Shown piece by piece: positions 1-8,877 of a DNA stretch of 64,000 bases. The first letter of the stretch is position 1, and every line of letters begins with the position of its first letter. Under the pieces are notes generated by a model. The model worked only from the letters and a program-made list of their open reading frames with translations. It did not search any database and was not told the DNA's origin. The translations under genes and the position numbers were made by a program. Source of the stretch: an uncultured virus (IMG/VR IMGVR_UViG_3300021399_000104) (Duplodnaviria > Heunggongvirae > Uroviricota > Caudoviricetes); the IMG/VR virus record IMGVR_UViG_3300021399_000104; one strand, written 5' to 3'.

Positions 1-1470
1 CCTACTCATAGTTGGGTAACGCATTTTACGGCGGGTGATTCTAGGGCTGCTGGATACTGTACTGCTGGTAATTTCTGGAATGATAGTCACATTATTCGTT
101 CCCTAGTGGTGTAGCACATAACTCTTCTACAACCCAGGGTCATCGCACTCATTGGCTTGTATTGCTTTATGACTTATGGAGCGGTACTACCACTCTCGGC
201 GCAGGGTATATTGCAGGTAATTTGCACGGACTTTACCACTACATTCGTTCCATTTATCTAGTGGATTCCATGGGACGAGTACACAATCGTCATCCAGTTC
301 TAGATTTTTGTTGGCGTTAAAGTCAGGTGGTGCTTGGTGGATAGTAGTTGGTTTAATGCATAGGGAATCCTTATACTCAGTGCACTCTATTCGTTCCCTC
401 TCTTCCCTAGTGGACATGTTCGATGGGTATCTGCTACAGAAGCGACGGCTGGTGATATATTAGCACTAAGAATAGATGCTTCTGCGCCAACATTTCCACA
501 GGGTAGTTATGGTTATCTATATTTTAGGTCGAAAGATGCTCCTGGTATTAGTGAGTATATTCGTTCCCTCTTTCCTAGTGGAATAAGCTATCATTGGGCT
601 AGTACACGAAGAGGGATAACCTCTCCTTATATAGTAGTGTTTTCGCCAGGCACAGGTTGGTGGGTAGCTGGTTTGGCAGTTGGAGAAAGTATTTACGCAG
701 TGCGCGCTATTCGTTCCATATATTTCCTAGTGAGCTATACTGGACAACTGAATCCTACTCATATGGTATGGTACATAGACAGTATTTTGCCCCATATGCT
801 TCGGGTACTTTTGGAGTTGCTTGGCCACGGGAGATACATCACATTCGTTCCCTCCTCCTAGTGGACCTCGAAAGTTAGATGCATGGGACCAGGCGATAAG
901 TGCAAGTGAACAGGGTGCCGGTAGAGTTTGGGTCTGTCTTCCTGCTCTTCTCGGTTTTGTTCCAAGAGGGACTGGACATAACGATAAATTTAGTGACTTC
1001 CAACACTTTATTCGTTCCATCCCTAGTGTTTTGGTCATGCAAACCTCAGGAGAAAGGGGTGCACTTGTAGGTCAAGCAGTTTGGACCCAGATATATACTG
1101 TTTATGGTAGAGGCTGTGTATCTCAATGGGAAAAATATAGATCTGATTCTATTCGTTCCCTAGTGGAGTGAGTAGATATTTGTCAACATCAACAATATCA
1201 TCGATTGGTTATTCTAAGGTATGTGTTATTTGGCAAATGTCTTCTCTGCAGCGACCCGGTTTCATGCAATCAATGGGATTTCAATCCGAATACAGCGAAC
1301 TTTCTATTCGTTCCTTCTTTCCTAGTGATATGTCATACCTCTCTTCTACAGGGAACACAGGTCAAGCTCATTGGCGTGTAACGTTTCTTAAGTCACACTA
1401 TTCGGCCCCTATTGATCCAGGATATACTGTACTATATTACGACGCATATTTTCGACTTATTCGTTCGATA
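1..1470 (+). repeat. Array of >=10 variable coding cassettes separated by ATTCGTTCC-(pyrimidine-rich linker of up to 8 nt)-CCTAGTG junctions; truncated by the window start
   Basis: ATTCGTTC(C/G) at 94, 243, 389, 559, 709, 843, 1010, 1151, 1306, 1459; (C/T)CTAGTG at 102, 257, 406, 574, 726, 857, 1022, 1159, 1321. Period 134-170 bp. Every CCT-to-ATT distance is a multiple of 3 with no stop codon. Confidence 0.95.
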
Positions 1471-1492
1471 ATAATTAAAAAATTAAAATTAA

Positions 1493-2059
1493 ATGAAAGA
1501 AACAAATTGGTTAGAAACATTTCTTTTTCCAGATCTTCCCGGCCAGCCATACCCAGTTTATTCTGTGTCGGCCAAGGGTAAGGTTTTTAATTTAAAGTCT
1601 ATTATTTATCCGACTGTCACTTCCGTCAAGAAATTCACACGGAAGAAGCAGTTAAGGTTCAGGTCTTTACAGGCTAAGATTTTTGATGCCCTTATTAATA
1701 TTGGTTATTTTGATCCTCTGCCAGTTTACAAAGAGTTTCCGATAGTAATACAGAATCATTTACGTTTAGAGGGTCAGAAAGGGGCAGTTTATTATCTAGA
1801 TTATTTCTTTCCGACATTGTCATTAGCTGTTGAGTTAGATTCTGAGTTACATAAAGAGGACAAGGATCAGATTAGGGACAAATACTTAGAGTCTCGCCTA
1901 GGCATCAAGACATTTAGGATTAGAAATTTAGAGAAGGAGCAAGTTCAGAAAGTAAAGTTTCGGGAGTTGACTTCTTTCATGCGGAGTTTAGAGCCGAAGG
2001 AAGGATTTATTCCATTTACCTTCACTGAAAACATACGAAGAGCCAAGATGAAGCCCTAA
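1493..2059 (+). CDS. DUF559/Vsr-like PD-(D/E)xK endonuclease
   Basis: YYLDYFFPTLSLAVELDSELH...DQIRDKYLESRLGIKTFRI matches the DUF559 pattern (D-F...VE-D...H...D..RD..L...G...R). Confidence 0.75.
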   Translation: MKETNWLETFLFPDLPGQPYPVYSVSAKGKVFNLKSIIYPTVTSVKKFTRKKQLRFRSLQAKIFDALINIGYFDPLPVYKEFPIVIQNHLRLEGQKGAVYYLDYFFPTLSLAVELDSELHKEDKDQIRDKYLESRLGIKTFRIRNLEKEQVQKVKFRELTSFMRSLEPKEGFIPFTFTENIRRAKMKP

Positions 2060-2070
2060 ATTCCTAATAG

Positions 2071-2676
2071 ATGAATAAAAATAAAAGAACAGTTATGATA
2101 GAACCAGGATTTAACCCAGACAAGAAAGAAGTACAGTTGAAATTTAAGTCTGATCTTCTTAAGAGCTACTATAATAATTTGGCTGGTCTTGTATCGATGT
2201 TGAAGGAAGATTTGCCAAAGGGGACGGAAGTAACAAGAACTGATGATAATATTGCCACTATTTCTTTTCCGATTGATGGAGTGGGTAATGTAGAGGTAAA
2301 TTCTAATAGTTCGTCAGGTTTGGTTTCGATTGATTCTAGTGTTATGAACAAGGTAATTAGTTTGATTTCCAAGTTCACAGAGATGGCACTAAAGGCAAAG
2401 CTAAAGACGACAGAGTTTATACCACTGGAGGGTTACCCAATTGAAGAGTTACAGAAGGACATAATTGCGGCTGTTAAAGCAAAGCGTAACCTATGTATAA
2501 TTGACACTTATGATAGTTACCTTAATATGAAGAATGTTGACTATTCTATGCCACAATATTTTATTAATGCTGGAACTAGTGAATATTCTAAGGCAGTTGT
2601 ATTGTTGAGTTCTGGTAATCTGGAGGGTCTGAAAGAAATAATGGCACCCAAGCTAAAGAAGAATGCTTGGTATTAG
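2071..2676 (+). CDS. hypothetical protein
   Basis: 201 aa ORF followed by a terminator-like hairpin. Confidence 0.75.
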   Translation: MNKNKRTVMIEPGFNPDKKEVQLKFKSDLLKSYYNNLAGLVSMLKEDLPKGTEVTRTDDNIATISFPIDGVGNVEVNSNSSSGLVSIDSSVMNKVISLISKFTEMALKAKLKTTEFIPLEGYPIEELQKDIIAAVKAKRNLCIIDTYDSYLNMKNVDYSMPQYFINAGTSEYSKAVVLLSSGNLEGLKEIMAPKLKKNAWY

Positions 2677-2748
2677 ATATAATTTTGTGAGGAAGGAGTA
2701 AAGAGAAATCTGCTCTTTCCTTTTTAATTTTAAACCTCAATAATAACT

Positions 2749-3321
2749 ATGTATCAGGTAAATGATAGAATCGTAGTGTTAAACCCAGGCGATCAAGTAC
2801 CTCAGATGTCCAATGATAGTATTAAACTCTATCTAGCGGGGACGATGGATTTCTCACAAGCTAATACAGATTGGCAGACTAAATTCATCGAGGGTTTAAC
2901 TAAGTGTGTTGATCCTTATCGTGGACTTCTGATGTATAAAAACACTCAATGGATAATTTTCAATCCTCATGTTTTGCCTCAGAATGGATCAATGCCACCA
3001 AATCTTGATAATCCCGAGTTTGTAGCAACTATGGGATGGAGAATGTCTATGATGGATATGGCAGATGTTGTGTTTGTAAATATTATGAACAAATCTAAGT
3101 CTCCTATTCCTATCCTTGAACTTGGCTCACTTATCTCCTCAGGTAAATTAGTTGTGAGATGTGGAGAGGAGCATATGATTTATTCTCAGATTCGCTTATA
3201 TTGTGAAAAGTATCAGGTTCCACTTTTGACAGGTAAGACTAGTGTAAAGGATGTTCTCTTAGCAATGGGAGCCTATACACAGAAATTTCGTGATCTACAG
3301 TCTCTACACCTGCCAGAATGA
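2749..3321 (+). CDS. nucleoside 2-deoxyribosyltransferase-like protein
   Basis: LYLAGTM..DWQ..IFNP..W..AD....SPIPILELG..KLVVRC motif pattern. Confidence 0.7.
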   Translation: MYQVNDRIVVLNPGDQVPQMSNDSIKLYLAGTMDFSQANTDWQTKFIEGLTKCVDPYRGLLMYKNTQWIIFNPHVLPQNGSMPPNLDNPEFVATMGWRMSMMDMADVVFVNIMNKSKSPIPILELGSLISSGKLVVRCGEEHMIYSQIRLYCEKYQVPLLTGKTSVKDVLLAMGAYTQKFRDLQSLHLPE

Positions 3322-4553
3322 AAAGCCTCATAATACTTAAATCCTTGGCGAAAAGTCAGAAGTTGGATTGGGTTAAAAATGAGGAACTTGAAAACTACTT
3401 CATTGACATAGACCTCTTCCGACGTGTTTATTCTTCACCAGACCTAATAACACCTAGTCAAGAAATACTAAGTAAAGGGTATGGTGACATTGTTTATCGT
3501 CGGTTTATGGAGGTACTAATTACTAGAATGTCAAAAGGATGTCTCGTTGTGATAGACCCTGAAAATGAAGCTGTCACAATCTTTGAAACACTCGCCTTAA
3601 TATTTGGTTATACCGTATTCTGGGTGATATTTGATGTGCCACAAGATTACGTCGTTAGATCACTCAAGTATAATCCCTCCTGCTATCCAATAAAAAGAAG
3701 AGCAGAACTGGAAAAAGAAGTTACATCATTCTTATCTATATCTTTTGGCGAGGAGAGATTGAAGATTACATCATATCAAGACGTCCTGAATTATTGGTCA
3801 CTCAGAACTATTAATGTAAACCCCTCTGATCGATTGCTTTTTGTCGGAGACTTACATTCCAATTACTCCCTCATGCCCAAAGATTTTTCTCCCTATCGAT
3901 TAGTTGTATTCCTGGGAGATTATATTGATGGTTATGAGGAGGGAGGATCAAGAAAAATAACTGACACTATTCTAGAGACACGAAGTAGTAATGTAATATG
4001 GCTTGAAGGAAATCATGAACTTAGACTAAGACGATACCTAGGAATAAAAGCATTGGCAGGAACGGGACGAAAGGATATAATTGACTTCTTGTACCGAAAC
4101 CTAACACCTGACTTCTTAGATAAAACAGCTAAGGAATATGATGACCTAGGACCACAAGCCGCTAAAAATTATCTACAAAAACTTAATCGAAAACTTAAAA
4201 TATTCGCCATCCTTGATACTACTAACACTACTCTATTCTGTACTCATGCCGGCCTTAAATTTCCAGAACAAATAGACCCAAGATATGTAGGAAACTTAGT
4301 CTATGGGAACCGAGATATGAATAGAATTGATAGAGAGTTTAGTGAAAGATCTGGTAAAAAAGGTATCTGGAGCGTTCATGCACACTGTAACTATCTCGAC
4401 ATATGGGAACCTAATCGATGGGAAGGAGTTTGTAATCTTAACCCTCACGATGAAACCGAAATAGTAACAGGAGAATTTATAAACAATAAATGGACTATTA
4501 CGCCATGCCAAAACGAAAAATTAAAATTACCTGCTCCTCGATTAATGGAGTAG
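3318..4553 (+). CDS. calcineurin-like metallophosphoesterase with a degenerate N-terminal kinase-like domain (PNKP-like architecture)
   Basis: GDLH, LGDYID, GNHE, THAG and HAH motifs; the N-terminal domain lacks a canonical Walker A. Confidence 0.75.
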   Translation: MKSLIILKSLAKSQKLDWVKNEELENYFIDIDLFRRVYSSPDLITPSQEILSKGYGDIVYRRFMEVLITRMSKGCLVVIDPENEAVTIFETLALIFGYTVFWVIFDVPQDYVVRSLKYNPSCYPIKRRAELEKEVTSFLSISFGEERLKITSYQDVLNYWSLRTINVNPSDRLLFVGDLHSNYSLMPKDFSPYRLVVFLGDYIDGYEEGGSRKITDTILETRSSNVIWLEGNHELRLRRYLGIKALAGTGRKDIIDFLYRNLTPDFLDKTAKEYDDLGPQAAKNYLQKLNRKLKIFAILDTTNTTLFCTHAGLKFPEQIDPRYVGNLVYGNRDMNRIDREFSERSGKKGIWSVHAHCNYLDIWEPNRWEGVCNLNPHDETEIVTGEFINNKWTITPCQNEKLKLPAPRLME

Positions 4554-5077
4554 AATTGAGTGAATCACAAACCTTTATAGTCGAAGTCAATGAATGTAAG
4601 GAAGTTTATAAAGCTCTTAGCACCTCACCCGATATCTCTGAATGGGACTTTGTGGTTGAGGAACAGGAAGAAGTGGAATGTCTGCCTAAAGAAACACTCG
4701 GACCAATCCCACAGAGAACAAAAGAGCCCAGTACTATAAAAGACGTCGTTAAAGATGAACTAGGGGTGACTAATATTCTCTATCTTGCTTTTCTCTTAGA
4801 TTCAATTCATAAAGTAGGTATGAGATCTCCTAACCTCATCTTTGATATGGGACTGTTTAGAAAAGCTGTGAAAACGGAATATCTTAAACAAAAGGATAAA
4901 ACAGAAACACCATCCGTTGAACTTACATTGACTAAACTGATCCTAGAAAGCTACTTTAATGGGGCAGAGTTTGATGATGCACTCGAAGAAGTATTAATGA
5001 AAGTGAAAGATGTGTGGAAGGAAATCAAAAACTATCCTACACTATCCTCACTAATGCAGAAACTCTTTAGAAAATAA
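4505..5077 (+). CDS. hypothetical protein
   Basis: ORF; likely start MPKRKIK. Confidence 0.7.
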   Translation: MPKRKIKITCSSINGVELSESQTFIVEVNECKEVYKALSTSPDISEWDFVVEEQEEVECLPKETLGPIPQRTKEPSTIKDVVKDELGVTNILYLAFLLDSIHKVGMRSPNLIFDMGLFRKAVKTEYLKQKDKTETPSVELTLTKLILESYFNGAEFDDALEEVLMKVKDVWKEIKNYPTLSSLMQKLFRK

Positions 5078-5643
5078 TGGGGAATAAGAAAAAGAAATGG
5101 CCGGAAAAACCAAAACGACTGCTTAGAATAACAGACCTAAAACAATATCTTCCGCCATCTCTTAAAATTGATGAACTAAAGAAAATTCTAAGACTCGCTA
5201 AACTCATCCTAACTAGAAAAGATAATCCACTGAAACTCGGAGAAATAGTTTTTGATGAGAGAGATCATGAATTTGGTGTAGTACTAGGAGAAAAACCGGA
5301 TGGAAATATGCTATATGCGTCTGGACTAGAAGATCATAAGAAATTACTATACCGAAATTATCTCGTCATGACATTAACCGAAACAGATGGAAATCTTAAC
5401 TTTCGTGTCAGGTATCTCAATTCTGGTATGATTACTAGGATAGATGTTGGACAAAAAGTGGGAGAAAACGACCTGAAAGGAAGTCTTAAAGCCTTATCTG
5501 ACCTCGAATTCTTCTGCAAATACCAATGTCTGCTTGAATGTGATGAGGAATGCGCACTCTGGAAATATACAAGAAAAGTAAAACTCCCAGGAAATCCAAA
5601 TGATAAACCTTGGGATAATCCTCCTCATATAGAAGAGGCTTAA
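5077..5643 (+). CDS. hypothetical protein with a Cys cluster (CxxxCxxxCxxxC)
   Basis: 188 aa ORF, coupled to the upstream gene. Confidence 0.7.
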   Translation: MGNKKKKWPEKPKRLLRITDLKQYLPPSLKIDELKKILRLAKLILTRKDNPLKLGEIVFDERDHEFGVVLGEKPDGNMLYASGLEDHKKLLYRNYLVMTLTETDGNLNFRVRYLNSGMITRIDVGQKVGENDLKGSLKALSDLEFFCKYQCLLECDEECALWKYTRKVKLPGNPNDKPWDNPPHIEEA

Positions 5644-5666
5644 ACTAATATATAAACGAGAATAAT

Positions 5667-6050
5667 ATGGAGAACTCCTTTTTTATAGAGATTGAAAATA
5701 AAATACAGGGAATCAAAACAAGACTGGAAGAATTACACTGGTCTAGCCCATCAATCTCTATCCACAAACTTATTGATGAATTTCAAGAATCTCTGGGTGA
5801 ATTTAATGACGCTATGATAGAATATGTTACACCGTTCTATGGCTTCTTAACTCCAGGAACTCTAAACCCAGTACTGCCCGAAGATAAAGACTTTGGATCA
5901 ATTCTTGAAAATATTAGAGGTTTACTAGCTGTCGTAAAGAAGAATTGCAATGATGAAATGAAATATTCTGGACTCATTTCCCTCATTGACGACTTCTATA
6001 TGACTGTCAATAAATATATCTACCTCAATATGATCGGTGAAAAGAAATAA
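5667..6050 (+). CDS. ferritin/Dps-like four-helix protein (DUF5856-like)
   Basis: LHW....SIHKLIDEF.E.L....D...E pattern. Confidence 0.6.
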   Translation: MENSFFIEIENKIQGIKTRLEELHWSSPSISIHKLIDEFQESLGEFNDAMIEYVTPFYGFLTPGTLNPVLPEDKDFGSILENIRGLLAVVKKNCNDEMKYSGLISLIDDFYMTVNKYIYLNMIGEKK

Positions 6051-6106
6051 ATAATAGGGAAGCAGGCGATGAACTTGTTTCCCCTTCTTTTTCCTTATAT
6101 TTGATT

Positions 6107-6565
6107 ATGGAAGATCTAACTAAAGAAGAACAAGATTTTTTAAAGAACTTACTAGAATTATCATCGAGAGATTCACAACTTAAATTCCTCGAAGATAATA
6201 AAGAACAAGTGACCGATAATGTTTGGAACTATTTTCCTGATTGGCTTAAACTGTCGACGGGAATATTTGGACTCTCTCGACCAACTAAAGAACTGAGAGA
6301 AGAACAAGAAATAGAACTGAACTGGAACGGATCACCAAAAGAAAAAGATGAGAGCTTGAAAAATAAAAAACTATGTGAGAATATATATGAAAACCTACAA
6401 CTTGGCGTTCTATATACATACTCACAAATTCAAGAACTCACAATAAAAGCTTACCAGGAAAGTGAAATGGATATACCTAAGAAACCACTACTTGGATTAG
6501 CTGACTTTTTCGATATACAAAGAGGAAGAAAAGGATATATACTTAAAACTAGAAAAATCTTATGA
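6107..6565 (+). CDS. hypothetical protein; C-terminus resembles the C-terminal domain of the helicase-like proteins in this window
   Basis: LQLGVLYTYSQIQE...LADFFDIQ..KGYIL versus FKVGQRYTKDYIKT...LGEWFDIK..HGFIIL. Confidence 0.65.
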   Translation: MEDLTKEEQDFLKNLLELSSRDSQLKFLEDNKEQVTDNVWNYFPDWLKLSTGIFGLSRPTKELREEQEIELNWNGSPKEKDESLKNKKLCENIYENLQLGVLYTYSQIQELTIKAYQESEMDIPKKPLLGLADFFDIQRGRKGYILKTRKIL

Positions 6566-7689
6566 ACAAAGAATTACTGAAAGATCTCGTCCTGACATAT
6601 ACACCGTCGGGAGAAGAATGGAGAGGATATGACTTGATCAAATCTTGGGGTGAAAAACAAGGCCTAAAACTGGAATATAAAGACCTGATGGGAAATATAG
6701 GCTTTAAACTGGGAAATGGACCTCGTAAAATACTCATCTCAGGACATATTGACGAAATCTGCCTACAAGTACTATCTATAACTGAGGATGGATTTTTGAT
6801 TTGTTCTAATGGCGGAGGATTTGATGTAAGAACTCTCCCTGGTTCTATCGTTAAAGTACTGCAAGATTATGGTAACCCGAATGAAGATGTTACTGGCGTT
6901 ATCCAATCTATTCCAATTCATGTCTACGCAGGTGATGAAGATCTGAGAAATAAACCATTTAGCCTTTTACAGCTTAGAGTAGATATTGGCTGTGAATCAA
7001 GGAAAGAAGTGGAAATGATAGGAATACATCCAGGATCTTATGTATGTACTGAACACGACTGGATTGAGCTTGGGAAAAATAGAATAGCCGGAAATTCATT
7101 AGACGATAAGGCCGGTACTTTTATTGCACTAGAAGCCTTCATGTATGCCCTAGAACGAAAAGATAATCTAGACCTCAATGCTTTCTCACTATATGCTGTC
7201 GCTTGTACCGGGGAAGAAACAGGACTAAGAGGAGCTAAAGTCGTCGCACATAATATAAACCCAGAAATAAGCATAGATGTCGATGTGTACCACGGAAATA
7301 ATAATGGGCTGCTTAATAAAGAAAAATATGGCAACCTTAAATTAGGGGGTGGACCAATCTTAACCTATGGAGCTGATAAGAGTACAGAACTTAATGGCTT
7401 TATCGAATATCTTGCTATGAATGGATATAAAGACGTACAGAAAATGGCAGCCAGAAATGGAGGAACTAATACAGATTCCTTCCAACTCTACTCACAAAAC
7501 TGCCTCACTACCCATCTCTCTATACCATTGCTCTCTATGCATACGCCAACTGAAACTATGGACTGGAGAGATATTGAAGACACAGCAGAATTACTTGGCA
7601 TGACAGTAGAACACTTGATGACACCAGAAGCAGCCAAACTAAGCCTCCTAGAACTGATGCCTGGCGAATACTTTTCTAAATTAAAGTGA
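6562..7689 (+). CDS. M42 family metallo-aminopeptidase
   Basis: SGHIDEI, LDDKAG, GEETGLRGA, DVD and MHTPTE metal-binding motifs. Confidence 0.9.
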   Translation: MNKELLKDLVLTYTPSGEEWRGYDLIKSWGEKQGLKLEYKDLMGNIGFKLGNGPRKILISGHIDEICLQVLSITEDGFLICSNGGGFDVRTLPGSIVKVLQDYGNPNEDVTGVIQSIPIHVYAGDEDLRNKPFSLLQLRVDIGCESRKEVEMIGIHPGSYVCTEHDWIELGKNRIAGNSLDDKAGTFIALEAFMYALERKDNLDLNAFSLYAVACTGEETGLRGAKVVAHNINPEISIDVDVYHGNNNGLLNKEKYGNLKLGGGPILTYGADKSTELNGFIEYLAMNGYKDVQKMAARNGGTNTDSFQLYSQNCLTTHLSIPLLSMHTPTETMDWRDIEDTAELLGMTVEHLMTPEAAKLSLLELMPGEYFSKLK

Positions 7690-7838
7690 AATATTGCCTC
7701 TATTACAGAACTGGAATACGTCAGTTTGAATGGATTAAGTTTGATGACCTGGAAGAAGCAAAAGATTATCTATCCTTATTAACCCCACTTGAAGAAGGAG
7801 TAATTCTTGATAGGGAAACCGGGAAAACCTATAAATGA
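7686..7838 (+). CDS. small hypothetical protein (50 aa, not in the ORF track)
   Basis: GTG start overlaps the M42 stop and its TGA overlaps the next ATG: MKYCLYYRTGIRQFEW... Confidence 0.55.
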   Translation: MKYCLYYRTGIRQFEWIKFDDLEEAKDYLSLLTPLEEGVILDRETGKTYK

Positions 7839-8167
7839 AACTAAAACAGATAATCATAATAGGTAAGATAATCAAACAAACGATTGATGTTCCTAAATTA
7901 CGAGATTTAATTAAAACTTCGTATACCATTTCAGGTGCCCATCTAGATAAAGAGGGACGATACCAAGTAAGAAGCATATTGAGTGCTGGGCTGGTGAAAA
8001 CCCGAGTAACTAAAACAGATCTCAGACTTAAATCTATATTTTCTTCAATCGTAGCTGGTGATAAAGTGTTTAGACTAGCTTCTATACGATTGCGAAAAGA
8101 TAAATCATCAGTTGAGATAATGTTCAGAAATATACACCTAACAAAAACAGTAGTAATTGAAATTTAA
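7835..8167 (+). CDS. small protein, MKxKQ-start family
   Basis: MKLKQII; part of a coupled tandem cluster. Confidence 0.65.
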   Translation: MKLKQIIIIGKIIKQTIDVPKLRDLIKTSYTISGAHLDKEGRYQVRSILSAGLVKTRVTKTDLRLKSIFSSIVAGDKVFRLASIRLRKDKSSVEIMFRNIHLTKTVVIEI

Positions 8168-8537
8168 ACAATGCCGAATTGTAAATAAGATAGTAACTAG
8201 AGAACCTCATATCACTATCCATTATGACGACTTAGTTAAACTATCTTTCATCCTTCTTAACACTTACTTTGATGAAGAAAAAGAGGAGTGGAGAGTTCGT
8301 AGGACAGATGACATAACTGGATGGAAATACAAAAATGAAAGTACGCAATGGAGACATGGTATGGCAAGCTTAAAAGTCCATTCTCCACACTTCTATAATA
8401 AATCGGCCATAGAAGATAATGTTTTTGTAGTCACTAGTATAGTATTTATAGTAACTTGGTGGGGCGGATTTATTGATATTTACCTTCGAAATTCAGGAAA
8501 AGTTAAGATTATTACCTTTGAAAATAAAACAATATAA
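8157..8537 (+). CDS. small protein, MKxKQ-start family
   Basis: TTG start, MKFKQCR. Confidence 0.65.
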   Translation: MKFKQCRIVNKIVTREPHITIHYDDLVKLSFILLNTYFDEEKEEWRVRRTDDITGWKYKNESTQWRHGMASLKVHSPHFYNKSAIEDNVFVVTSIVFIVTWWGGFIDIYLRNSGKVKIITFENKTI

Positions 8538-8877
8538 ATTCTTAAAACGGATAGAACAGAAAATTATAGAAGCTCACAAAGTAATAACGAGAAGAGATAA
8601 GATTGTTTTGTCTTATGTTCTTCTTCTCTTTTCTAAAAATCTGACGACCAATCCCTATAAATATCTTAATCAAACTAGCTATAATTTTAGCTACTTTGTT
8701 GATTGGGAGTATAATGATGCAAATCTAAAACTACATCTAAAATACGATCTATTGCCCACTTTGGGAGGTGTAGACAATTTCATATCAGATATCTACCTCG
8801 ACAATACTATGATAAAAGTTAAATTTATAGAAGAGACTTATAGCGAACTTATAACAGCTTGGGAAATTGAAATATAA
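8518..8877 (+). CDS. small protein, MKxKQ-start family
   Basis: likely TTG start, MKIKQYK. Confidence 0.6.
   Translation: MKIKQYKFLKRIEQKIIEAHKVITRRDKIVLSYVLLLFSKNLTTNPYKYLNQTSYNFSYFVDWEYNDANLKLHLKYDLLPTLGGVDNFISDIYLDNTMIKVKFIEETYSELITAWEIEI

Noticed and set aside
1..1470. CRISPR array
   Set aside because: The constant part is only two 7-9 nt arms with a variable linker. Intervening segments are 117-153 nt, frame-preserved and mutually homologous. No cas genes in the window.
1..1470. Classical DGR template repeat or invertible shufflon
   Set aside because: Cassettes are not AAY-rich, vary in length and differ at non-A positions. All are in direct orientation, and no RT or invertase is visible nearby (one could lie outside the window).
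187..1581. ORF-track calls within the array as genuine genes
   Set aside because: They arise from chance in-frame joins of cassettes or are antisense shadows, and have no credible starts.
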